From Octopus sinensis (lineage: Eukaryota), in contig NW_021833044.1 of NCBI RefSeq assembly GCF_006345805.1, positions 23,296 through 87,295 of the forward strand: DNA of 64,000 bases, in the 5' to 3' direction. Position 1 is the stretch's first letter. Each line of letters starts with the position of its first letter. A model generated the notes under the pieces. It ran no database searches and was not told the origin of the DNA. It saw only the letters and a list, made by a program, of their open reading frames with translations. Of this stretch, positions 1 to 12,884 are shown piece by piece. Both the position numbers and the translations under genes were made by a program.

Positions 1-308
1 AATGTAATCTAGTCAAATGGAACTAATAAATGAAAACTGTGATATTTTTTCTTTCCGATCTGAGTCAATGATAAGAAGTAGCTACATGAACAAATGTACG
101 CTTTCCCTGCCATTCCATATATAAGTACGTATGCGTAACATGCATCGATTTAGCGTTCATATGTATATATACATGTATACACGCTTACATACATATATAC
201 ATACATTCACACACAAGTACAGAAACACATGCATATATATATATTAATATATATATACACATATATAGGTGAATACACACACACGCACACACACACACAC
301 ACGCACAT

Positions 309-353
<45 letters not shown>

Positions 354-480
354 CATACATATATATATATAGAGAGAGATATATATGCATATATCTATCT
401 CTGTTTCTCTCTCTATCTCTCTGTTTGTTTCTCTCTTCCTCTCTCTCTCTCTCTGTATATATATATATATATGTATATAT

Positions 481-735
481 TAAGCAATGGAATTCTAAAT
501 TAGTCGGATTTTCACGTTTTATCATTTACAATTTTCACAATTTCCCAATATCTTGATAAACTAGTACATTCATGCGTTACGCAACATTCACGTTTATGTA
601 GAGACAGACACTACATAATCCTGATGATTGCGCAATCATGAAAGTATTAGTATATTTCAATATCGCAAAAAAAAATTAAATAAAGCCAGACTAAGTTGGA
701 ATTTCAGTAATACTTCTGTACACAGTCACACTCAC
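481..735 (+). mobile_element. Penelope pLTR-like remnant in (TA)n with degenerate hammerhead motif
   Basis: CTGATGA-ttgcgcaatcat-GAAA at ~621-643, then AATAAA; (TA)n on both sides. Confidence 0.4.
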
Positions 736-816
736 TCGTATATATATATACATATACATATACATATGTGTGTGTGTGTGTGTGTGTATATACACATATA
801 CATATAAGTATTAATA

Positions 817-855
<39 letters not shown>

Positions 856-959
856 TATCCAAACGGGAAACAAAAAAACAACAACAATGGAACAATTACA
901 GTATTATTATTAATAGGCGCTCAGGAAAAGGAAGCAATATATATATATATATACATATT

Positions 960-1137
960 CACCACTGAACCTTTTTTTAATTTCTCTCCCTGTTTATTTC
1001 TGTGTTCCTTTCTGTCGAAGAGCGTAGGCTCGAAACGGAAAATACTTTCTCACTTCCCGAGCGTTAAACTAATACACTTATTTGTTGTTTACATACCAGT
1101 CTTCGTCATTTGCTTTTTCTTTTGTAAATTTTCACTT
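960..1137 (+). mobile_element. Short non-autonomous Penelope-type element with variant hammerhead
   Basis: CTGTCGA-A-GAGC gtag GCTC-GAAAC at 1012-1036; close paralog at 12885-13040; ends in (TA)n. Confidence 0.6.
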
Positions 1138-1199
1138 TATATATATATATATATTTCCCTCTCTCTCTCTTCTGCTGCTTCTCTTTCTTTTCTTTTCTC

Positions 1200-1704
1200 T
1201 CTCCTCTGTCACGTGACTGCTGGCCGAAATCTGCCTTTCAGCTTCTGACCAGCGTCGTGTTAACATCGTTGTTTTTCGTCCGCCGCTATAGGCATCGCCG
1301 ATAAGGCTCCTTTCCTTGCGCCAGAGAAAAAATTTGTTTGCTTGTTATCAGTCGTAAGACACTTGTTGTTGTTTTCACCGTTAATGCTTCTGTATTTCAT
1401 GTTTCTGTATTCCATTAATTTTTTGTTTTTTTATATTCGTCCCTTTTGCTGTCCTGGTGTCCGTATGCATTCGATCCTTCTTCCAGGAAATCTACGCTCC
1501 CAGCTTAGTTTTTCTAATGCTCGTTGCCTAGTTTTTCTTGGAGGGCTGGCCGTGATCTAGTAATCTCAAGATTAATCAGCCGAAATTACTACGATGATCC
1601 GGTTCTTGACTGAAGACTGAGGGTTTCGAATGTCCTGTCCGTGTTTATTGTGTCGTCTTCTAGGAGTTATACGTTCTTGTCCATGTTGTATTTTTCTACA
1701 TACC

Positions 1705-1706
<2 letters not shown>
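1200..1706 (+). mobile_element. Non-coding repeat, pLTR-like, related to 52150-52705
   Basis: Shared blocks atcta..gctc.cagcttag and ttgactga.ga...cgaatg.cc.gtc (degenerate HHR); microsatellite-flanked. Confidence 0.5.
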
Positions 1707-1739
<33 letters not shown>

Positions 1740-1834
1740 ATAATGAAGGGTGAAATTAATTAATTTGGAAAAATTATCAATTACACCAAGTAGTCTTCGG
1801 CATGTAAAAGCCTCATTCGAGGAAAATTTAAGTA

Positions 1835-2037
1835 ATACTAAGCAATAAGGGTTTAGCAACGAGTTGCCTTACCACATACCGAATTTAGAAATAGCAGTCA
1901 AAGGGTTATAGCTATTTCTTCTACTAAAAAGTAGAAGAAATTCCCTTTTTAGTAGAAGAAATAGCTATAACCCTTTGACTGCTATTTCTAAATTCGGTAT
2001 GTGGTAAGGCAACTCGTTGCTAAACCCTTATTGCTTA

Positions 2038-2041
<4 letters not shown>
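1835..2041. repeat. Perfect inverted repeat, ~97-bp arms (1835-1931 / 1945-2041), 13-nt spacer
   Basis: Arms are reverse complements by direct reading. Confidence 0.9.
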
Positions 2042-2126
<85 letters not shown>

Positions 2127-2139
2127 ATCATATTGTTAG

Positions 2140-2418
2140 TTACGACAATAAAGATACCAGTCGATCCGATCAACGGAACAGCCTACTTAACTTCACAAAC
2201 ACTTTTCCCCCTTAATGTATTTCTCAGGAAGGCTCAGTGTGGCACAGGTTTGACACAGCTCACCCTTTAAAATACAGATCCAACTCTTTTTGCCAACTGA
2301 AATAAAATTGAGCAATCTGAAATAAAATGTCTTGCTCGAGGACACAACACGCCGTGGGAAGTTGAACTCACGACGTTTTGATCGTAAGCTGAACACCCTA
2401 ATCACTAAGCCATGCGCC

Positions 2419-2420
<2 letters not shown>
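2140..2420 (-). mobile_element. tRNA-derived SINE (family C)
   Basis: Minus strand: box A tggcttagtga, box B gagttcaactt, then gagcaagacatttat domain; homolog at 21068-21392. Confidence 0.75.
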
Positions 2421-2449
<29 letters not shown>

Positions 2450-2452
<3 letters not shown>

Positions 2453-3245
2453 TAAAAAAATGGAGTTAACGCAGGTTTAAACAAGTATTTTTACTTTCTA
2501 CGTATGTTTCAAAAATCCACTGATACTTATTCAAAAGAATAAAAGGTATAAACAATGCAATCTTCTCTTCGGGAAAGTGAAAAAAACGAAACTTGTCAAT
2601 ACGACATTTTAGCAAAAATGATGGATCGTATAGCGATAGACAGAACGCTATTAATATTGTTTAAAAAAACGTTATATGATATAACGTCATAAGTAGCTAA
2701 CAGAAAGAGTAGGGATATTAATAGTGAAGGTTAAATATAAAGGAAATTAAAGTCTAAACTATATATAATGATAGAGACTACTTATATGCACTAAAAGTAT
2801 GTTTCTGCCAATGCTTACATCTGTATGCTCGTTCTATAACCGTGTTTACTAGAGTACTTTTAGAAAAAATAATGAAAAATAGCTCAGAATTGCAGAGAAG
2901 ACAGAATTTCTTGCCTTTGTCATATGGTATCGAAATTGAGAGGATCAACCATTCTAAATGAAATTGTTCATTGTGGTCTTTTAAATCCCAAATCAGTTTG
3001 CTGAGACCGGTACTATTCCGTTTATTTCTATCCCTAAATGTTGAGTAATGGATAGAAATTCTCTTAGATAACTCTAACGATGTGCTTCCAATGTAAAATC
3101 GTACTTTATTACGAGTACTGATTATACACTGGTATATAGAATTTTTATTCTTAGAGTTACTTGACATAAATTTAATTCTATTGGGATTGACTTCAGATAC
3201 AATAACCTTGTTATCAATATTTCTAGAGGGTTGGATGGTAGTAGC
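2450..3245 (-). mobile_element. 5'-truncated Naiad-type Penelope element: GIY-YIG endonuclease plus 3' pLTR
   Basis: ORF 2778-3167 with SIYQC..FYIGSTS..R..H..F, LSKLIWDLK, CLLCNSE, CKHW; pLTR end resembles 13601-13680. Confidence 0.85.
2493..2578 (-). ncRNA. Type I hammerhead ribozyme (CCGA core variant)
   Basis: actttc-CCGAAGA-gaagattgcattg...cagtggattttt-GAAAC atac GTA-gaaagt; stems I, II and III all pair. Confidence 0.8.
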
Positions 3246-3257
3246 TAAATATATATA

Positions 3258-4255
3258 CGGCTTACAATAAATACTAACCTGAAAAATGTAGATTTTTTAG
3301 ATGTAAATTTTAATGTAAGGTCGGATAGATTTAAACCTTACCGTAAGCCCAATGACAAGCTATCGTATATTAGCAAAGATTCGAACCATCCGCCAGTTAT
3401 ACTTTGGAACTTAGTCAGCAATGTAGGTAGAAGAATATCTTCAATTTCATCGGATGAGGCAGCATTCCATAATGCTGCACCTTATTACGATAGCGCATTA
3501 AGGAATGGTGGATTCTTTGCGAAGATCCAGTACAACCAGCTTAATGCTGGTAATAATGCTGCGCGAAGAACTAGGACCAGGAAAGTTTTGTGGTTCAACC
3601 CGGCTTTCAATTTGGCTGTAAAGACTAATATAGGTAAGGAATTTTAAAAATTAGTCTGTAGGCATTTTAAGCAGGACCATAAATTCTATAGAATATTTAA
3701 TAGAAGAACCGTTAAGGTTAGCTATTCTTGTTGCAGAAATTTCGCCTCTTACATTAGCCAGCATAATAGGAATCTGATTGATATTAAGCATGGTGCTGAT
3801 CCCCTTAAGAAATGCAATTTCCAAAATGAACCCTCCTGTCCGTTGGAAGGGAAATGTCTAGTAAAAGGGGTCGTTTATAGAGCCAATGTACAAATGGAAG
3901 GCTCATCGGAATACAAGACCTATACAGGGGCTTCAGAAAATTCATTTAAAACGCGATTTTATTCGCATAAAAATTCATTTAGATACCCAGAAAATAGGAA
4001 GAGGACCAGCCTAGCAAAATATGTCTGGGAACTAAAAGAAAAGGAAACCCCACCTTTCAACGTGACATGGAGCATTCTGGACAGAGCGGTACCATACAGA
4101 CATGGAGCACACAAGAAAAATTTTAAGTGCAATATTGCTTGTTAGAGAAACTTTATATTTTATTCAAAGACAATAATTCTTTGAATCAAAGAAGTGAGCT
4201 GATGAACTCATGCAAGCACGCAACCAAATTCAAAATGTCAAACATAAATATACCA
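3258..4255 (+). pseudogene. Naiad-type Penelope RT C-terminus plus GIY-YIG, frameshifted
   Basis: VDFLDVNFN..FKPYRKPND..SNHPP; VLWFNPAFN..KTNIG; IFNRRTVKVSYSC; KCN..CPLEGKCLVKGVVYRA..YTGASENSFKTRFYSHK. Confidence 0.88.
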
Positions 4256-5299
4256 TATGGATAGAGTATATTTTGTCTTTTTGTATTTTTGAATATTGAA
4301 ATTTTGATTTTTGATTCTTGGACAAGTCTGTAAACGCACCGATGGATTTGTTTCGCGCTATGCAGATTTCATTCCGTATAGCAAAGTCTCGTGCATATAT
4401 TTTGTTTATTTTGTTTATATTTCTACATATCCCTTAGGAAAAACCTTCGACTTAGTTTATTTCATGTTATTATATTGTATAGGCTTTCTTTGATATTTAA
4501 TTTATAGATGATCCGAAATAGGGTGTTATATTTTACATGTGTTCCGTATAATTTTTATTATTACGCTCACCATTTTTTAAAAAGCAATGTTGTCAGAACC
4601 TAGGCATTTTGATGTAAATATGTGTATAGCCAAGAATATGTATTTGTAAGCATACGTCTTTGTATATGTGTAAGTGAGAGTATGTTTGTACTTAAGCACA
4701 TACATACACGATTGTATGTGTATGTATCCACTTGAACTTGTGTGTTTGCGTACTTATCTCTATATATGTCAGTATATGTGATTACACAGTTTGTATACAT
4801 AATTTTTCTTCTTTCGTTTTTCCCTCCCCCCTTTTTTCTCTCTCTTCCCTTTTTTTCTCTCTCTTCTTTTCTTTCGTGTTTTCTCTCTCTTACTTTTCGT
4901 TATTTCTAGAGTCCTGTAACTTTACGTCCTCCCCTCCCTTACCCATGTCTTCAACTTTATATCGTAAATAAGAACGCCCCTTCCCCATCCATGATTTTAG
5001 CTTATAGTCTTTATAGATACAGTGGTTTTGCGTGCGAACTAGATTGCGTATGCATATGTGTACATGCATTTGTGTGTATATTTTAGCTTTATATTTATAC
5101 GTCTGTATATGTATGTGGTCCGCACGAATCTATCTGTGTATGTTGATGTACATATGTATAGTTTAATATGAATATGTACTGCCGTGTAATATTTTAATGC
5201 ATTTTAACATTTTAATTTCAATTTCCATGTATTAATTATATTTCCTTTATTAATGACAATATGTATTTTATTCAATGTAAGGTTTTTCCTCGAATTTTA

Positions 5300-5349
<50 letters not shown>

Positions 5350-5352
5350 TAT

Positions 5353-5389
<37 letters not shown>

Positions 5390-5523
5390 TGAGCTCATTT
5401 TTGTTTATCGCTCGAAAATTGACCGTTATTTGTAAAGGATAAAATCAAACAAGTCCATTTTTAAAGGTGTAGCGTTATACTAGTCTGGATAGAATTGACA
5501 TATCGGTTCTATTCTAGCAAAAA

Positions 5524-5561
5524 CTGTCCGATGAACGGAAACGTGAAACTCAGAGTAACAG
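5524..5561 (+). ncRNA. Minimal type I hammerhead ribozyme (CCGA core) in pLTR remnant ~5390-5665
   Basis: ctgt-CCGATGA-acg GAAA cgt-GAAAC tc a ga GTA-acag; three stems pair, GNRA loop on stem II. Confidence 0.85.
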
Positions 5562-5663
5562 GTTTTGTTGAATTTTCTGCTGCTTTAAATAAAGCATATT
5601 ACTTTACCACTGGTATTTGAGTACTCTTTTTTCCCACCTTGTTTCACATTTATGTGTTTACTC

Positions 5664-5711
<48 letters not shown>

Positions 5712-6190
5712 CATATATATATGTATATATATATATACATATATATACAATATATACATACATATATATACTTATACATGCATAATATATGGGACAAGAA
5801 ATGAGGTTCCAAGCGGCAAAGGGCTTAGTGACATACAACCCAAATTAAAGATTGATGTCAGGACTATGTCGAAGACGTCCGCTACCTTGCGGATGAAGGT
5901 AAGCGATTCGCAAGGAAACGGAATTCTACGGAAGTGAAAGAGGAGTCAACCAAGTGGAAAAGGGAGCTGTGATGGAAGCTAGAAGTAACGCAGCAGAGCG
6001 ATTTTTCATGTGACCAGTATCTGGGCGCCATTTGGTGCATCTGACTTTGATCTTACATAGTGGCACACAAATGAAGAAAGTGCAAGGTTGGACATTATCA
6101 ACCACGATCCTCGACCAATAGTAACAACATCAGCAATACACACACACACTCTCTCTCACACACACGCACACACACACGGCACACACACAT

Positions 6191-6237
<47 letters not shown>

Positions 6238-6524
6238 GTTGCAGTATACTCACAACGTATATATTTATCCATGCCAATAGGACTCAAGGGCCAACATCGG
6301 AGAATGCACACTGGTTTGGGACCTTCCTCACGTCGGCTTTTGAGCGCAGTGACCCCACTCTCTAATGGGACGCCCCCTCCTCAGAATCGCCCGATTAGTA
6401 TTCAACTACACGTTTGACGCATATTGATAGCAGCAAAGTAGATATGATCCCTACTCATCACTTATTTTCTCAGGCCTGATAAGCATGGCTCTCATGTAAT
6501 ATGTTAATATATTAATAATCCTTA

Positions 6525-6850
6525 AGGTGGCGGCGAGCTGGAGGATTCGTTAGCAGCGCAGGAAAAAATCCTTTTCAACCGCTTTTACACCGTGAGTAAT
6601 CGCTGACCTTGTACTAAATTTTGAAACCAACTTTATATAATTCTTAGGCAGCTTGCAAGCCAAATCGTTAGCACACCGGGCAAGATGCTTAGCGGCATTT
6701 CGCCCTTCATCACATTCCTCCGATGTCGACATTGCAATTCATTCATTCGGGGTCGATGAAATAATTAACAGTTCAGCATTGGCATCGATGTAGTCGAACG
6801 GAACCCTCCCCGCCCCGAAATTTCTGACCTTTTACCAAAAGACTGGAATC
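6525..6850 (+). mobile_element. tRNA-SINE family B, two degenerate heads
   Basis: ggcggcgagctgg..cgttagca head; cattcggggtcgatgaaat central domain. Confidence 0.7.
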
Positions 6851-7101
6851 AATATTACATAGTCCTTATTTATACTCATGATGTGATCAAACATATACAG
6901 CTGAAACGAGCATAATGATGTAACAAATGTGATACCAACACGTTTACTGTTGGACTTACTGTACACAGACAAACACACATGCACACGCAGACACACACAC
7001 ATATATACACACATACACACACACACATATATTTATATATATATACAATACACACACACGTACATAATACGTACACACCTGTGTATATACATACATACAC
7101 G

Positions 7102-7152
<51 letters not shown>

Positions 7153-7560
7153 ATGCATGTATGTATGTATGTATGTAATTTTTTCTTTTGAGCTATTTAT
7201 CATTACTTCAACCAATATTTACATTATTTCATTTTTTTTCATATCCTAAAAAATAAAGTTGAAGTATATTCAGAGCTGCTGATACATAACGTTTATATAA
7301 ATAACTTGTACAGTTAATTCCATTGAAATTAAATTTTCATTTCATATACAAATGTTCAAAACGTCTTTTTAAAAAGTAAACACATTTCCAAAGTTAATAA
7401 TATCCTGTGGCATCTATAATTCAGATTAAATCTTAAATTACAAATGCTACTTTATATATTATCCTGAACGAAGTGAGAGTTAAATTGTTGTAACGCTTGG
7501 GATTGTTTTAGAATGTGGTATAACTTTAATAAATTCGTTACGATCACATACATGTGCATA

Positions 7561-8232
7561 ATTTCTTTATTGCCCACAGGGGGCTAAACATAGAGGGGAC
7601 AAACAAGGACAGACAAACGGATTAAGTCGATTATATTGACTCCAGTGCGTAACTAGTACTTATTTAATCGACCCCGAAAGGATGAAAGACAAAGTTGACC
7701 TCGGCGGAATTTGAACTCAGAACGTAACAGCAGATGAAATACCTATTCCTTTACTACCTACAAGGGGCTAAACACAGAGAGGACAAACAGGGACAGACAA
7801 ACGGATTAAGTCGATTATATCGACGTCCAGTGCGTAACTGGTACTTAGTTTATCGACCCCGAAAGGATGAAAGCAAGGTCGACCTCGGCGGAATTTGAAC
7901 TCAGAAGTAGCAGCAGACGAAATACCGCTAAGCATTTCGCCCGGCGTGCTAGGGTGTACTGGGGTTGATCTAATCGACTGGTCCCTCCCCCAAAATGTCG
8001 GGCCTTGTGCCTAGAGTACAATAGAATATATGACGGAAATGTTAGCACGCCGGCCGAAATGCTTAGAAGTATTTCTTCTGCCTTTACCTTCTCAGTTCAA
8101 ATTCCGCAGAGGTCGACTTTGTCTTTCATCCTTTCGGAGGTCGATAAATGAAGTACCAATGGCGTACTGGGGTCGATCTAATCGACTGACCCCTACCGCA
8201 AAATGTCGGGCCTTGTGCCTAAAATAGAAAAG
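7561..8232. mobile_element. Cluster of SINE family B: tandem minus-strand copies plus one inverted plus-strand copy
   Basis: Repeated gaccccgaaaggatgaaag..gacctcggcggaatttgaactcagaa; reverse-complement copy at ~8033-8232. Confidence 0.85.
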
Positions 8233-8330
8233 AATATATTGCAAAAGGGTGAAATTGTTTGAATGAGTGACAGAAGCCAAGACGTTTCTCTTTCCAGAGA
8301 GTAGTCATATAAATCTGTCCTTCATATGGG

Positions 8331-8820
8331 AAACTGTTGCATTGGTTCCAAATTTTGGTAACTGTCGCATTGGTTCCAAACAATGAAAACTGTTGCATTG
8401 GTTCCAAATTTTGGTAACTGTCGCATTGGTTCCAAATTTTGGAAACTTGCATTGATTCCAAACAATGAAAACTGTTGCATTGGTTCCAAATTTTGGTAAC
8501 TGTCGCATTGGTTCCAAACATTGTAAACTGTTGCATTGGCTCCAAATTTTGATAACTGTCTCATTGGTTCCAAACAATGAAAACTGTTGCATTGGTTCCA
8601 AATTTTGATAACTGTCTCATTGGTTCCAAACATTGAAAACTGTTGCATTGGCTCCAAATTTTGTTAACTGTCGCATTGGTTCCAAAGATTAAAAACTGTT
8701 GCATTGGCTCCAAATTTTGTTAACTGTCTCATTGGCTCCAAACAATGAAAACTGTGGCATTGGCTCCAAATTTTGTTAACTGTCGCATTGGTTCCAAATA
8801 TTGGTTCCAAATCTTGGTAA
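8331..8820. repeat. Minisatellite: 28-bp monomers alternating as a 56-bp higher-order unit
   Basis: aactgttgcattggttccaaattttggt alternating with aactgtcgcattggttccaaacaatgaa. Confidence 0.9.
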
Positions 8821-9020
8821 AAGGCCAGTAATATCCCGGGAAGGAAAGGAATGAGTTGGTTACATCGATCCGGGTTTTCAACTGGTACTTATTTTATCGA
8901 CCTGGAAATGATGAAAGGCAAAGACCACTTTGGCGGAATTTGAACTCAGAACATAAAGACGGACAAAAAGCTGCTAAGCATCTTGCCTAGCACATTAATG
9001 ATTCTGCCAGCTAACAACCT
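8805..9020 (-). mobile_element. SINE family B
   Basis: actggtacttattttatcgacc..gatgaaaggcaaag..ggcggaatttgaactcagaac. Confidence 0.8.
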
Positions 9021-9331
9021 TACTGTTGCATAATTATTGAAGCCTATATCAAATATTAGTTTTAGCAATTATTTGTCATTGTTTCTATGCAACCGTCGTT
9101 TTTGTAAACAAGATATATTTTTGCAGGTAGAAACATTTCACCCAAAATTGTTTCTATTATTATTTAGAATGTAAAATCATTATATATATAAACTGGGTTG
9201 TTATTTGTAAAGATTGTGAAATACAAGACTCGTAAACAATTTTCAACGTGAATGAAGTGTGAACTATAAAGGATTTGATTTCTTTTCAAAACTAAGATTG
9301 CAGCTTTATATAAAAAGAAATATATATATGT

Positions 9332-9429
<98 letters not shown>

Positions 9430-9556
9430 GCCACACACACATATATATAGAATGAGAAAGAGAAAGAGAAAGAGAGAGTGATTGAAAAATAGGAGAGATG
9501 GAAAGATAGAGAGACGGGTGTACATACACACAGTCATAAATATATATATGTATATG

Positions 9557-9594
<38 letters not shown>

Positions 9595-10204
9595 TATATA
9601 TGTATATATATGTATATAGATATGTCCATATGCCTATGTATATATATGTATATAAATATGTCTATATGCCTATGTATATATATGTATGTAAATCTGTATG
9701 TATCTACATATATGTATATGTAATGTTCATATGTATATGTACACATGGTACATCTTTTTTATCTTTATACACACACACACAAACACACACAAACACACAC
9801 ACACACATACATATATATATATGAATGTATATGGATATATATATGTGTATATCTTTATATATACATATTTATATGTGTTTGTGTATGTATGGGTGTATAT
9901 GTAATCAAGAAATGAATTGAGGCGGTGTGGAGGGTTGCTACATTAGAATTGAGAAATGCGTACTGTGATCTCAATCGCGTCGCTTCAAAATGAATATTGG
10001 TTAACATATACAATGGAATGGACCCAAAGGAATAATCGAATACTTGACCATTTTTGATGATCAGATATATCCAGTATCCGGTCACTTGTTCTATGCAAAC
10101 ACACTACTATATGCACATACACACCATACATTTATACATAGGTTTATGGGTATGTAGATTTACATACATACATACATCTGTATCTGTCTGTCTATCTATC
10201 TATG

Positions 10205-10243
<39 letters not shown>

Positions 10244-10301
10244 TTATCACTATATATATATACATGTATATATATATGTATATATATGTATATATATGTA
10301 A

Positions 10302-10355
<54 letters not shown>

Positions 10356-11572
10356 ATACATATATATATATACATATATATATATATATGTATATTTATA
10401 TATAGGTATGTGTGCGTATGTATATATATATAATATATATGTGTGTGGTGTGTGTTGTGTGTGTGGTGTGTGTGCTTCTATATATTTATTAGGATGCATA
10501 TCTTTAATACAGTTTTATGTGTGTGCGTGCAGAAATGTCATGGGTACGTAGGAGTATTGATATATGTTGTACTATGTTTATAGAGAGTCTACAGTTCGAT
10601 CTATTGATAACATTAACGGTGGCACTGGAGTAGAACGAATTGCTTCTGCAAGTCTATCAAATAAATGGGATTTCTGAAAAAAAGACATTTTGCCAGGGAG
10701 AAAAAGAGAGAGAGAGAGAGGATGCGGTGAGAGAGACTCGCAGTCGACGGTTCTATATGTATCTGTGTAGTTATGTGTATATGTGTAGATATCTTGATAT
10801 ATACATATATACATACGTACAAATATATATATGTGTGTTTATGTGCGCATACGCACAAGTTTCTCTATATAGGTGTTCGTAGGTTCTACTTTACATATGC
10901 GCTTGCATATATTTATACATACATTTGCGTATAAATATACTTAATATGTGTGAAAGTAAATATATTTATACGTGTATATATAAATACATACATATACATA
11001 CGCATATATATATATATATAATATATATATATATAATATATATATATAAATAAATATATATATGTTGTGTGTATTTATATATACGTATATATATGTATAT
11101 ATATTGTATATATATATATATGTGTATTTATATATACGTATATATATGTATATATATGTGTGTTGTATATATACGTAGATATATATGTATATATATTATA
11201 TATATAATGAGTGCATGTGTTGTATATATATGTGTGTGTGTGTGCTTGTGTATCTATATATATATATAAGAATACATACATATATATATATGTATAAATA
11301 TATATATGTAGACCGATAAACAGCTATACATATATACAATGTGTATCTAGATATATACATGTGTATATGTATGTCTATATGTATATACATATATATATAT
11401 ATAGACATATATATATATATATATATGTATATACGTGTGTATGTATATCTATCTTTCTATCTATTTATATTTTATACAGTTGTGTATTTCATTGTTGTTG
11501 ATGTTGTTAACTTTGAGGCTGAATTCGCTGACGACATTATTTTCGTTAATTTTAGTAGTAGTAGTAGTAGTA

Positions 11573-11610
<38 letters not shown>

Positions 11611-11754
11611 ATAGTAATAGCAGCAGTAGTGTTGAGATTGTAATTGCTTGTATTAGATAACTCTTGAGATGGAGATGTGGGAAGTCGACGTAAACCCCTC
11701 TAATAAACTTCGGGAGGAGTTGACTTCAGACAGACTTGAAAGAAAGCATTTAAG

Positions 11755-11801
<47 letters not shown>

Positions 11802-11945
11802 ATCTAACTATCTTTCTGTATGTCTGTCTATCTATTTATTTATCTGTTCGTCTGCCTATATATACACTTTCGCGTGCGCGTAGGTATACATATACATGCA
11901 TACATACATATATATATATATACATATATATATATATTATAATAT

Positions 11946-11987
<42 letters not shown>

Positions 11988-12257
11988 ATATATATATATA
12001 TATGTATCTATCTATATATATATATATATATGTATGTTCCCCCAACATCGCTTGACAACCGATGCTAGGTGTTTACGTCGCCATATATGTATATATATAT
12101 ATATATGTATATATTTGTATATACGTATATATATGTATATATATATATACAGATATATATATATATTTTTTTTTTTAAATATATATATATATACACATTC
12201 GTTTTCCAAGATTCTTGATATGAATACGTGTGTTAAAAGTTAAAACAGATATTGTAT

Positions 12258-12870
12258 ATGGGGATGGTCAAGTTGCCAGTTTAGCCAATGAAAACACACA
12301 CACACCAAAATTTTGGTGTTCACTTGCTTCAGCTTTATTTCTTATTAATTGTATTTCGGCCAGAGTTCTTTCGTCACACTTCTGTAACCTCATTCATGGT
12401 CCTTTGCGCTCTTCATTCTTTTTTTTCTGTCTCTCCTTACTAACCGTCTGCCATTTTGTATTCCTGGTATATGTGTCTTTATTTGCGCATCCGTGTACCA
12501 TTTTGTGTGTCTTTATTCGCGCATGCATATCCCTGTGTGTGTCAGTAATTGTGTGTGTGGCAATCTGTATGGTACCTGCATTATTAGTCTACCCTGTTTA
12601 TTCACGTTCGTTTAATTTACTTTTATTTATTTTATTCATTTCTTTTTATCTATTTACTTTTTCATTTCTTCCTTTTTTGTATCAATTTAATTTAATTTAA
12701 TTTATTGCATTTTGTTTAGGTATATAAATGACCACTGATGGTGTCACAGAAGTGTGACGAAAGAACTCTGGCCGAAATACAGTTAATATGAAATAAAACT
12801 GAAGCAAGTGAACACCAAATATACAGTGCGACTGTTTTCATTGTCTAAACTGGTAGCATGATCATCTCCA
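12258..12870. mobile_element. Inverted pair of pLTR-like ends (12258-12400 minus, 12727-12870 plus), each with a degenerate HHR
   Basis: About 140 bp of reverse-complement similarity; consensus cca-CTGATGA-g-gtcac agaagt gtgac-GAAA gaac TC-tgg. Confidence 0.7.
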
Positions 12871-12884
12871 GCTACTACGCATTC

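Noticed and set aside
8331-8820. CRISPR-like array with palindromic core
   Set aside because: Intervening sequences are not unique (two alternating types), no cas genes, eukaryotic context.
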